A DNA stretch of 64,000 bases, taken from positions 402,318,001 to 402,382,000 of the forward strand of contig OZ024741.1 of the NCBI GenBank assembly GCA_964016885.1. The letters run 5' to 3'. Below are positions 37,646 through 48,899 of the stretch, in pieces (position 1 is the first letter of the stretch; every line of letters starts with the position of its first letter). Below the pieces are notes generated by a model. It saw only the letters and a program-made list of their open reading frames with translations. It was not told the DNA's origin and searched no databases. Made by a program: the position numbers and the translations under genes. The DNA is from Eledone cirrhosa (taxonomy: Eukaryota).

Positions 37646-38329
37646 AAAACACACTCACTGTTTGGTTTGTTTGTTTTTTTGCTTCAGTTCAGTATATATT
37701 TATAGTTTAATAAGTAATTTAGCTGGCAATCAATGTTTATCATTGATTGACCAACAGTTAAGATTATTAATGTAAATATAATTTCTCAAAGTTTCTCAAA
37801 CTTCTTTTGTCACACATGTTTTTTTCTGTGACATCTTCAGTGATTTCCTCCCATTGTGTTTCTATAACGTTTGGTTGTCTCTGTTTGTGCATGTATTTGT
37901 GTGTGCATTCTGTTTGACGTGTGCTCGTGTGTTCATGCTTGAGTCTGCTTGTGTCTATGTCTAAAATAAATGTTTATAGTATGATTACTAGTGGACAGAT
38001 TATTGTGAAAATTTGCAGGATTAAACGTTATACTTTAGAAGGTGTTGTAATTTACTTGTGGCATTGTGTAAAGTCTAGTTTGACAGTATTTGACATTACA
38101 CAGGTTTATAAAAAATTTTCTTTTTCTACTTGCTTGCAAGATGGAGTCGTAGGGGCAATTTTTGGGCATTTTATGCCTGGTGAAGCTCATCTTTCTCCAG
38201 GCTTGAGTACAGCTGATTTCTTCCAGAGAGAGAGAGAGATATGGAAGAATCAGCCCCATTACTGGACCTGTACTCGTTTTATTGACGGAAGCAAAAGTAC
38301 TTAATTGGTACTTTATTTTCCTGACTTCC

Positions 38330-38590
38330 CACAGGTATAAGCTGAAGCATATAGACAATATTCCCCCATCCCCTCCCACTGTAAAGTGGTCGTGGAGGCG
38401 CCACGGAAAAAAGCACCCAGCCCACACTGTAAATGAGGTTGGTGTTAGGAAGGGCATCCAGCTGTAGAAATCAAGCGAGAATCAATTCGCATATGAGCAA
38501 GACAAGGTCACCTGACTGGGTACTGCCAACAGGACAACCTGTCTAACCCATGCTGGCGTGGAAGAACGGATGTAAAATGGTGATGGTGAT
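38330..38590 (+). mobile_element. RTE 3'UTR-derived short copy
   Basis: GGTGTTAGGAAGGGCATCCAGCTGTAGAAA and AACCCATGCTGGCGTGGAAGAACGGA tail. Confidence 0.75.
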
Positions 38591-38604
38591 ACATACATAT
38601 ATAT

Positions 38605-39150
38605 CTGGGACGAGGGGATAAAATCTGACCTTGCACACTTAGACCTCTCTAAGTGTGCAAGGTCACTGGATTGAGATGCAGTAGTACAGAAGACCTGCCT
38701 TCCCTTACGTACAAAGTTAAACCTACAGTCAGTAGGTACCTCTTAACCCAATATACACCCCACACTGCCAACAACAGGACAACCTACAGTCAGTAGGCAC
38801 CTCTTAACCCAATATACATCCCACACTGCCAACAACAGGACAACCTACAGTCAGTAGGCACCTCTTAACCCAATATACATCCCACACTGCCAACAACAGG
38901 ACAACCTACAGTCAGTAGGCACCTCTTAACCCAATATACACCCCACACTGCCAACAACAGGACAACCTACAGTCAGTAGGCACCTCTTAACCCAATATAC
39001 ATCCCACACTGCCAACAACAGGACAACCTACAGTCAGTAGGCACCTCTTAACCCAATATACATCCCACACTGCCAACAACAGGACAACCCATCTAACCTA
39101 TGCTAGCGTGGAAGAATGGACATAAAACGATGATGATGATGATGATGACC
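38605..39150 (+). mobile_element. RTE 3' fragment containing six 61-bp tandem repeats
   Basis: WDEGIKSDLAHLDLSK ORF end; unit ACCTACAGTCAGTAGGCACCTCTTAACCCAATATACATCCCACACTGCCAACAACAGGACA; (GAT)n tail. Confidence 0.85.
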
Positions 39151-39284
39151 CATAAAGGATGACAGGTAAAGTTGATCTTGACAGGAATTTGAACTTGGAA
39201 AGTAAAGAGCCTTAACAAATTCTGCTAAGCATTTGTCCAACATTCTAATGTCAACCCACCATCCTAGTTACTTGACTTATAATT

Positions 39285-39736
39285 GTTTCTGTGCGTACAA
39301 AAGGCCGGTTATATGATGCCTGTGTGAGATGCGCAATGCTGCATGGTAGTGAGACATGGCAGCAACTACAGAGGATATGTGACGACTGGATGTGCAATGT
39401 CAATGTGCGTGAATGACCAAGCATAGATAAGTTGAGAGAGAAACTGGGTATAAGAGGGATAAGTTGTGGTGTGCAGGAGAGAAGACTGAGATGGTATGGA
39501 CATGTGATGCACATGGAGGATGACCCCTGGGTAAAGAAGTGCCAAGAAATACAAGTAGAAGGAAGACGCAGTAGAGGAAGACCACAAAAAACATGGGCGG
39601 GGATGGTGAGAGCTGAAACTCACGGAGATGACGATGAAGGACCGTGACAAATAGAGAGATGCTGTGCTGAATAGAACTCGTCCCACCCTTGCAAGCAGGG
39701 AAAAGCGGACGTATGATGATGATGATGATGATGATG
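39285..39736 (+). mobile_element. Internally deleted RTE 3' fragment (third subfamily)
   Basis: [14 protein letters not shown] and [26 protein letters not shown]; tail CCCACCCTTGCAAGCAGGGAAAAGCGGAC-(GAT)n. Confidence 0.85.
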
Positions 39737-40019
39737 GCAGTGGCTTTCACTCACTGCCTCCGCCCCTCTCGCTCTCCCCATCTCTCACTATTATAAGGGG
39801 AGCCTATGTGCTGGCGGCACTGTGGTCCCGGCAGACAAAATAGTGAAGACCAAATACTAACCAGGCAATGAACTTACTTTGCCTGTAAAAGTACAAAGAT
39901 GGTGATAACCTTTTATAGATATCAGAAAATTAGGACACTACATCTGTATCGTAAGACTGGATAACTTTAAACATTCTCCTGATAGTGCTAGTTTATTAAA
40001 GTTCTGTTGACATCAACCT

Positions 40020-40435
40020 ATGTGACTGCAGCCTTCCCCTCCTAACTCGAGCTGGCAGGGCTGCACTCAGGGGATGGCAAGAAACCAAACGGCATGACCA
40101 AGTTCCGCTGTGGTAAACCCCTCATCTGCAATGCCTCATGCAGTGATACTTTCTCCAGCCGTAACCTGGTGCAGTCTGTGACTAACCCAGGTTCTGCTGC
40201 ACTTCAGGATGATGAGGGTAAACTTTCCAAATATCAGTCGTTCTCCAACAGCTGTCCTTGGCCCTGGGGCCACTTCTCCTACTTACCACCATTGGCATGG
40301 AGCTGGCTACCTGCAGGTATGAGCCCCCCGAAGCTGAAATGGCTCTTACAGTGTGTCTATCTCACCATCCTCCGGGGAAGCACCTCAATTCTGTCCATTG
40401 GGGCCGGCCAGCATGTGGGGCCCCATTTGCTTATA
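40020..40435 (+). mobile_element. CRE-like RLE fragment
   Basis: GDGKKPNGMT..GKPLICNASCSDTF..PGSAA..EGKLSKY, matching the RxDGKRPDG..WD.T..D RLE pattern. Confidence 0.7.
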
Positions 40436-40761
40436 ATAGTGAGAGATGGGAAGAGATGGGGAAGCGGTGATAGTGGGAGTTTGGTTCAATCATGTTCGGT
40501 CCTTGTTAGGAATTTTTTTATTTCAGTGTATATGTAGACACACACGCACACACACACCTTGTGAACAGCTGCTAAACCTTTATAAAAAAGCAGCTACATG
40601 GTTGAGCTGCTAACCTACTTAAAACATATGACCTGCTTATCCTTTATTTAGGTGCCACTGCCATAACTATGAAACTGTGCTGTATCTGAGGCCAGAAGGT
40701 TTTACCCACATTCTCCCATCTAATTACACATACATACACAAATACACACAGGCGTAGCTAT

Positions 40762-40798
<37 letters not shown>

Positions 40799-41016
40799 CA
40801 TACATAGTCACAAACATATACACTAACTTACACACACTCACATGCACAGGCATGCACACACACACATATAAGCTCATACACACACATGCACACCCACTCA
40901 CACATGTGCACATACACACATACACACACATAGATAAACAGACAAATATATATATAGATACAGTGTGTGTGTGTCTGTGTATACACGTGCACCCACACGT
41001 CCAGAGCTAAACACAG

Positions 41017-41047
<31 letters not shown>

Positions 41048-41279
41048 CACACACACCCGTGTGTGTGTGTATATATATATGTGTGTGTGTGTGAACAAGA
41101 CATTGTCACCTGACCCAACTTGCCTCAAATGGGACAGCCCGTCTAACCCATGCTAGCATGGAAAATAGACAGTACATGATGATGATGTTATATGTATGTG
41201 TATATATATAGAAAGAGAGATAGATGTGAGTATATATGAGATATATGCATATATATATGTGTGTGTGTGTGAGTATATA

Positions 41280-41625
41280 TCATCATCATCATCACCGTTT
41301 TACGTCCGTTCTTCCACGCTAGCATGGGTTAGACGGGTTGTCCTGTTGTGGGCAGTGTCCAGTCGGCTGACCATGCCTTGCTCATACAGGAACTGATCTG
41401 GCTTGATTTCTACAGCTGAATGCCCTTCCTAACACCAACCTCATTTACAGTGAGTGCTGGGTGCTTTTTTTTCCGTGGCGCCTACACGTCCACTTTACAG
41501 TGTGGGCTGGGTGCTTTTTTGCCGTGGCACCTCCACTGGGGTGTGGGGTATATTGGCTATATGCTTCAGCTTCGGCTTGTACTCGTGGGAGGTCGGGTAC
41601 TCTGTATTACTGCGTGATGCCAGAG
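41280..41625 (-). mobile_element. Short 5'-truncated RTE copy (3'UTR only)
   Basis: Near-identical to 9259-9610. Confidence 0.85.
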
Positions 41626-42264
41626 GTCTATATATGTGTGTGTGTGTGTATATATATATATACACATATGTATATACATGTACACACATGTTTGTGTGTG
41701 ATATATATCTATATCCATGTGCACGCACATATGTGTGTGTGACACACACACACACTCATGCATTCATGTACTATAGTACTCTACTTCATTTGTTTTGACC
41801 AAACTATTTTGGTATTCACCAGCCTGGAATTGTTGTTCATATTGTTATTATGCTAATGTTAAATATTCTAGACTGAAAGAGGAATCTGATAACAGAAGTA
41901 GTTCACCAAATTACTTCTGAAAAGAACTTTCCATTAAAATATTTGTTCATGTGGCAAATATTTCATAGAAAATTCTTGTCTCATATATAATTTTCCCTAT
42001 ATAATAGTAAAGTTGAATCTGTTGGTTCGGTTCTATTAGATTTCTGTAATGGCTTTTTATATATTTTTTCAAGAAAAGTATATGGTTTAAAAGTTAAATA
42101 GAAAAATTATCTTTTTATTGTTTATATATTAAAATTATTTTTGTGGCTGAAAATTCAACAAGTTGCTTAGCTTAAAATATCAAATGTTGCTAAAAATATT
42201 TATTATTTTCACTTACTTGTGTATGTTTTGGGATATATCTATATTAACTGTTATATTCAAGATT

Positions 42265-42600
42265 GTAAGGTGGTGAATTGGTAGAGTTATTAGAGCATTG
42301 AATAGAGTGCTTTATGGTATTCGTTTTGGTTCTCCGCTCTCTGAGTTCAAATCCTGCCAAGGTCAACTTTGCCTTTCATCCATTTAAGGTTGATAAAAAA
42401 AGTACCAGTCATGTACTGGGGTCGATTCTTTCTCTAATATCTCTTTCTCACTTCCATTCTCTTTCTCTCTGTCCTTCTCTGGAAGAAATCTACTGTATTC
42501 AGACCTGGAGGGGAGATGGGCTCCCTCTGCCAGGTTTAAAAATACCCTAGAAATGTATATCACAGCAGCCCTACAACTCCCTCAGAAGTTATGGGACCAT
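42265..42600 (+). mobile_element. Family B-related SINE with alternative CT-rich tail
   Basis: B-box and family B body; tail shared in reverse orientation with 47955-48215. Confidence 0.65.
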
Positions 42601-44394
42601 GCATTCAAGATTATTGAAAGTCAGAATTTGCTGCTAGTTGTAAATAAGTGAAAAATAATGACTATTGTTTGGGGATGAATTTCACATTTGTACTTGTGTG
42701 TGTATGTGTGTATATATGTAGGTGTGTGTGTGTATGTGTGTATATATGTAGGTGTGTAGGTGTGTGTGTATATATGTGTGTGTGTATGTGTGTATATATG
42801 TAGGTGTGTATGTGTGTGTGTGTAGGTGTGTGTGTATGCTGGGTGAGGAGGGTGCATTTGGACACCCTTTGGGATGAAAACAAAACCCATCAACGGGAGG
42901 AGGAACTCAGGAGAGCCAACGGTCATCCAATAAAGTATTTAAAAACATTTTTTTTGTGGAGTGAGAGATTCCTAGTCTTAATTAAGACATCTCTCTAGGT
43001 GAATGTCATTCTGATATAAAACCTGTGACATTGATGTAGACCAGTTCTACTTTTTGGATAAATACATTTGATGTTCAGAGAGTGGGATTTACCCCGTGCA
43101 AAGCCTTTCATCACTTAAAAAAGCTTCAAGCATAGGCATCGCTTGATATGTGACATTTGTTGTGATGCTTGGTATTGCTGGCCATAGGGAAGTCCCGAGC
43201 TAAAAAGCCACGTTAGTGATGCTCATGCTGAAGTATCCAGTGATGGCATTACTTGAAATTGAGTTGCAGCCATCATGTGTATGTATACTCACATACATAC
43301 ATCCATCATATGTGTGTATATATACATACTCACATACATACACACACACATGTATGTGTGTGTGTATGTATGTGAGTATGTGTGTCAGTATGTAAGTCTT
43401 GATGGAATTGTAGGGGTGCCATTGTGACAAGCAGCAGTCCTAAGGTATTTTATATCTGGCAGAACCCATCCCTTATCCAGGCATAAACACAGTTGATTTC
43501 TTTCAGAGGAGAGAAAGTGAGAGATAAAAAGTGTGAAAGATATATAGAGGAATAAATGACCCCAGTACTAAACTGATCTTTTCGAGGTCAATAGAAAAAA
43601 GTACAAAAGGTAAAGTTGACCTCAGCGTAATTTGAACCCAGAGCGCAGAGAGCTGGAAGGAATACCACAAATAATTCTATCGTGTAGTCTAACAGCTCTA
43701 CTAATTTGTCACCTATTTATATCTGAAGGTGTGTGGCTGAGTGGTTAGAGAATTGGATTCACAATCTTGAGGTTGTGAGTTTAATTCCTGGACGGGCACT
43801 GCATTATGTCCTTGAGCAAGACACTGTATTTCACGTCACTCCTTCTACCTGGAGTTGCGACCAATAGATAGCATTAGCAACTGGAAAGACCAACGGAAAC
43901 ATTGTTTCCTTGGTCCAATTTGACGAAAGTCAATTGTTCCTTTATATCTGTATTTACAAGACATATATAGAAGTATTATATTGTTTAATCATAAGTCAGG
44001 TAACTAAGACGGTTGGTTGGCTTTAGAGTGTTGGACAAAGTTCAAATACCTGTTGAGATCAACTATGTGGTTTCAGTGCTGTAAGGTAAATGCCATTAGC
44101 TCCCGTGCACCTGGGACAGTAATAAATGGACACTAGACCGGACGATTAGTTTTATGACTACTTACAAATAAAACTCTTTTGATACCAACCTGCCTAAAGT
44201 TGATTCTGTTTTATGGTAGAAAATTGACAATTTTAAAGTGTTCATAGCTACATTAAGACTTTCTACCCTGATTTTATGTTAAAAACTTTTGTGTTCCAAA
44301 CCCAAACCCAGTTATGAAACAATTTATTTTACAAGATCTATTCAGGTTCTTTATTTTTTTCCTTCTTCATGTAACTTTATTTCGTTGGCATTTA

Positions 44395-44575
44395 TAATAA
44401 CTGTTTCTACTTTTGACACAAGGCCAGCAATTATTCCAGTATATTACTGGTACTTTATTTTATCGACCCCGTAAGGATGAAAGGCAAAGTTAACCTCGGC
44501 GGGATTTGAACTCGGACTATAAAGCGCCGTAAGCATGGCATCCGACCCTCTACCGATACTGCCAATCCACCGCCC
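44395..44575 (-). mobile_element. Family B tRNA-SINE
   Basis: Family B consensus. Confidence 0.85.
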
Positions 44576-44619
44576 TCATGGCATTTATAATAACATGAGT
44601 TCATTAGTGAGATATTATA

Positions 44620-44886
44620 ATCAGATCTGATATTATGGACATGTGGTTAGAATGTCTTAGGAAAGAATCGCTGGACAGATTTTACGGGCAAAACCAACTG
44701 GCAGGAGACCTAGGGTAGACCTCCCGAGAAAGATGGTTGGATAATGTTCATGAGCTTGGCTGGTCTTGTTTGGGGATCTGGCTGGATCAGTTGGCGACGG
44801 TTGCTTCTGACTGGACCTGCTAGAAGTGTTTGAAGAACTTTGCCCCCACAACTCTCTCAGGGATAAGTGGGAGAAGAAGAAGAAAT
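44620..44886 (+). mobile_element. RTE (Rex3/Expander-like) 3' fragment
   Basis: YYGHVVRM..GRRP..WLDNVHELGWSCLGI with (GAA)n tail. Confidence 0.75.
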
Positions 44887-45166
44887 TATAATCATGGTGT
44901 TTCATATAAAAATAGAATTCATGGAACCTTATAAATATAACATACAAAAATATACAGTCAAAACAAAAAAAAAAATACATCAATTCAACAGTGTCAATCG
45001 GTCATACAGCACAAGAAACATAGGAACCTTCCTCTAATTGAAACACATAAGCAGTGCATTTCATCAGAAATATGGTTACATGTTTTAATATCCTATATTA
45101 TATTTTTCAAAATAAATTTGACTAATATCTTATCAATAATATATGTATTTTTCTTGAACTTTTCAG

Positions 45167-45314
45167 TTTTGTCGTCGAGTTTGCTGTACATGTCGTAAAC
45201 CACCAGCAAAACCTGTGTTTCAAGTGTTGTGTTTGGGACTTTCTGGATCAGGAAAAAGTTCCATTATATATGCCTTAAGTAAAGATTGTGTTGATAAACT
45301 GGAACCTACTGTAG
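45167..45314 (+). CDS. ARL15: ADP-ribosylation factor-like GTPase 15, internal exon (P-loop exon)
   Basis: Pyrimidine tract-CAG acceptor and GTGAGT donor; 148 nt, phase 0 to 1. Encodes FCRRVCCTCRKPPAKPVFQVLCLGLSGSGKSSIIYALSKDCVDKLEPTV(G), similar to human ARL15 CFRALCCKGPPPARPEYDLVCIGLTGSGKTS. Confidence 0.88.
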
Positions 45315-45399
45315 GTGAGTTGGTTTTATTTGTGTTATAAAAACGGGAAAGTGCAGAAGTTGTCAAACAACAGCACCACTATAAGTAAAGGAGAATTCT

Positions 45400-46492
45400 T
45401 TAACCCTTTAGCATTTAAACCGGCCATATCTGGTGTTAAGGTATTGTTCTCAACATAAATAATATCAAAATCTCATAGATTCAATATTATGTGAGGTAAA
45501 GCCTTTACCATGAAAATATAATAGTAAATATAGAGTAATGTAAATGTTATGTAAGATATTATTTAAGATATTTATGTAAGGTAAAGCCTTTACCATGAAA
45601 ATACAATAATAAATATAGAGTAATGTAAATGTTATGTGAGTTATTATTTAAGCTAATTATGTGAGATAAAGCCTTTACCATGAAAGGCCGAGGGTGTCTT
45701 GGCATCACTCAGCAAGACCTTTGTTAACTGCTCTCCAGTCATCTATTTAAAGCTGTATACAGCTATGGTACGACCACACTTGGAATTCGCATCATCAGTC
45801 TGGAACCCCTATTTTGCTCAGAACATTGACCTCCTGGAAACTGTTCAGAGACGTGCAACCAAGCGCATACCCTCCATCAGACACCTACCATACTGTGAAC
45901 GCCTTGCTTCCCTGGGCATGGATTCATTGAAGCTCCGACGTCTGGCAATGGACTTGGTAAACACCCACAAAATTATTAACCATCTCGCCAACAACAACCC
46001 TGAGCACCTTTTTGATCTCCATGTGTCTAACACACATGGACATGCCTACAAAGTCAGAAAACAGCACAGCTCCCATGACTTTCAGAAACATTTTTTCACG
46101 CTTAGAGTTGCTGAAGTATGGAACAAACTGCCTGCGTCAGTTGTTAGCTGCCGAGACACTGCATCCTTTAAAACCCTCATGCTTCCCGAAATTCGCCAAA
46201 ACTACATCTGATGTATCCCTTCCATACACATGCACACATGTGTATATCATGACTCATGCACTGTTCATTTTCCTGACGTTTGTACATTACCCTATGTACT
46301 ATACATACACTTTTGATGAGTTGTAGTGCACCTGAGCACTGTACACAATATTTTCATTATTATTATTATTTTAAAAAAAATACAATAGTAAATATAGAGT
46401 AATGTAAATGTTATGTGAGATATTATTTAAGATAATTATGTGAGGTAAAGTCTTTACTATGAAAATACAATAGTAAATATAGAGTAATGTAA
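45400..46492. mobile_element. piggyBac-type MITE copy with internal ~80-bp tandem repeats, missing right TIR, CR1 inserted
   Basis: TTAACCCTTTAGCATTTA start; internal homology to 32620-32885 and 47611-47831. Confidence 0.75.
45686..46370 (+). mobile_element. CR1 LINE 3' fragment
   Basis: LYTAMVRPHLEFASSVWNP..LETVQRRATKRI..FFTLRVAEVWNKLP with (ATT)n tail. Confidence 0.9.
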
Positions 46493-47606
46493 AGGAGAAT
46501 TCTTTAAACAAAACTTCGTACCAATTAAACCAGTAGAAGTCTTCCTTGAAAATAAAACGATATTTGTTATATTACACAGACATGTATCATGTTGTTATAT
46601 CTAACTGGTGTAATTTCCTTTTTTTGTTACTTTCTCATTATTTATATAACCTTATATTAAATATTGTGTTCACAATACGTAAATCAATATATTTATTTGA
46701 AACATTAACATTTTTTTAAAATCACTCCAGTATAAAATTTGATTGGAATGTCAATTAGATTCGACAATAAAATAGAGATTTTTATTTCTTTAAAATATAT
46801 ATATAATTAAATAAAAATATATATAATAATTAAATAAAAATATATATAATAATTAAATAAAAACAAAGACAAAATTCCTAAAAATGGTATTTAAATTGAT
46901 GCCTTCTGAAGTTTCTTAATTTAGTTTTCATTAATTAGGCAGAAAGTTGTATTTTTTCTTGACAGGTGGGAGGTATAGCCAGGTAATCAATATTTATTAT
47001 AGTTTCTTAATCAATATTTCTATGTTACTTAGATATACCTTATTTGTTAGTTACAGGTAAGAACTTATTGCGTACACCTAGGATTTAATGACATTCTAGC
47101 CATGACCATCACATCTTTGACTTTTCAGATTCATGTATTTTTTTTCTCAAGATGGTAGTTTTATTTGGTTATTATTTCTAGCAGCTCAAAAGACCACATA
47201 GAAGTTCCCTTGACTCACATAGTTAAAGTCTGTTCTGAGCCGAAGGCTCATCAGGCTGGTGCTTAGCCCCAGTTTTTTTGGTATTAAGTGACTGAAAGTA
47301 CAAGCTTTCTCCTGGACAGGACACCACCCTATCTCAGGGTTAATTTCCCAGCTATTGCTGGGGCACAATCTCAGCTGACTGTACTGGAGCAAAAGAAAAC
47401 AACACATCAGTCTATCCTAGATTTGAACCCACAATACTATGATTGTAAGTCCAGCATTCTAACCATTAGGCCATGGAAAGGTAAAAAGCTAAATTTACCT
47501 CCACAGGATTTCAAGTTAAATACAGAAGAACATAACTAAATGTTCCAGTACATCCACCATTGTACACTACAATTCCTCACAAATCATAACCTTGGCTTTT
47601 CTGAAT

Positions 47607-47835
47607 TTAACCCTTTAGCATTTAAACTGGCTGTATCTGGCCAGAATTCTCTCACCTTTTTCTATTCAAACCGGTCATAACTAGTGACTCATACTGATTT
47701 AAAGGTAATGTTCTCAAAATAAATAATACCAAAATCCCATAGATTCCATATTATGTGGAATAATTATGTGAGATAAAGCCTTTAACACAAAAATATTATA
47801 GTATATGTGGAGTAATGTAAATGCTAAATGGTTAA
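47607..47835. mobile_element. piggyBac-type MITE (opposite orientation to the 32616 copy)
   Basis: TTAA-CCCTTTAGCATTTA ... TAAATGCTAAATGG-TTAA. Confidence 0.82.
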
Positions 47836-48444
47836 ACATTTGGGTTTATCAAAATCTCAGTACAGTTTACTAATGGATTTCTTCTGTCTTTATGGATTTG
47901 GCTCTTCTCATCACATGTATGAATGTGTGTGCGCGCATGCGTATGTATGTATGGATCCATAACTTCTGAGGAAGTTGTAGGAGCGCCATATTGATATACA
48001 ACGTTTCTAGGCCATTTTTAAACCTGGTGGAACTCATCTCCACTCCAGGTCTGAATACAGCAGATTTCTTCCAGAGAAGGATAGAGAGAGAGTGAGAGAG
48101 AGAAAGTGAGAAAGAGATATAGAGGAAGAACTGACCCCAGTACTAGACTGGTACTTTTTTATCGACCTCAAATGGATGACAGGTAAAGTTGACCTCGGCG
48201 GGATTGAACTCAGTAAGTCAGAACAAATACTGCTTGGCTCAGTGATTGAGCCCATGTCCATACAATTATGAGCCAAACAACTGAGCCAGTAGACTACATA
48301 CCTCTTACTTCTACTCTCACGTTACATGAACCTTTATGCCACTTGTACCTTCAAATTGTTGTGGTTAAATTGTGGTTAAATTAAATTTAATTAAATTTTG
48401 TTTAATATTATCTAATATGTTTTCTTCTTTTATATATTTTACAG

Positions 48445-48504
48445 GTTTCCTCATAAAACCTTTAGAATTCACTGATTGTATATTTGAAATGAAAGAATTG
48501 GGAG
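48445..48504 (+). CDS. ARL15: ARL15 internal exon (switch region, 60 nt)
   Basis: TTTTACAG acceptor and GTAAGT donor; phase 1 to 1, in frame with the previous exon. Encodes (G)FLIKPLEFTDCIFEMKELG(G), similar to human FSIKAVPFQNAILNVKELGG. Confidence 0.88.
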
Positions 48505-48689
48505 GTAAGTTAATATTTGAAATTCATAAAATTTCATTTATTTCTGTTTAGAAAGTTACAATTGTTTTTCTAACTATTGATCTCCCAAAACAAAAGGTCA
48601 ATATTCTTAAATTGAGTGAGAATTGGGAAAATAAAATAAAGATAAATGTATTTATGGGTTTTATATCGAATAATAATAATAATTATTAT

Positions 48690-48875
48690 TATTATTTCTA
48701 CTTTTGGCAGCAATTACCCCAGTGTATTACTGGTACTTTATTTTATCGACCTCGTAAGGATGAAAGGCAAAGTTAATCTCGGCGGGATTTGAACTCAGAC
48801 CATAAAGGGCCATAACCCTTTGCTGCAAAGCATGGCGTCCGACCCTCTACTGATACTTCCAATCCACTGCCCTTA
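48690..48875 (-). mobile_element. Family B tRNA-SINE
   Basis: Family B consensus. Confidence 0.85.
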
Positions 48876-48899
48876 TAATAATAATAATAATAATAATAA

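Noticed and set aside
44064-44092. ATGTGGTTTCAGTGCTGTAAG|GTAAAT as ARL15 exon 1
   Set aside because: Phase is compatible, but it lies in a decayed SINE-like segment and shows no convincing homology.
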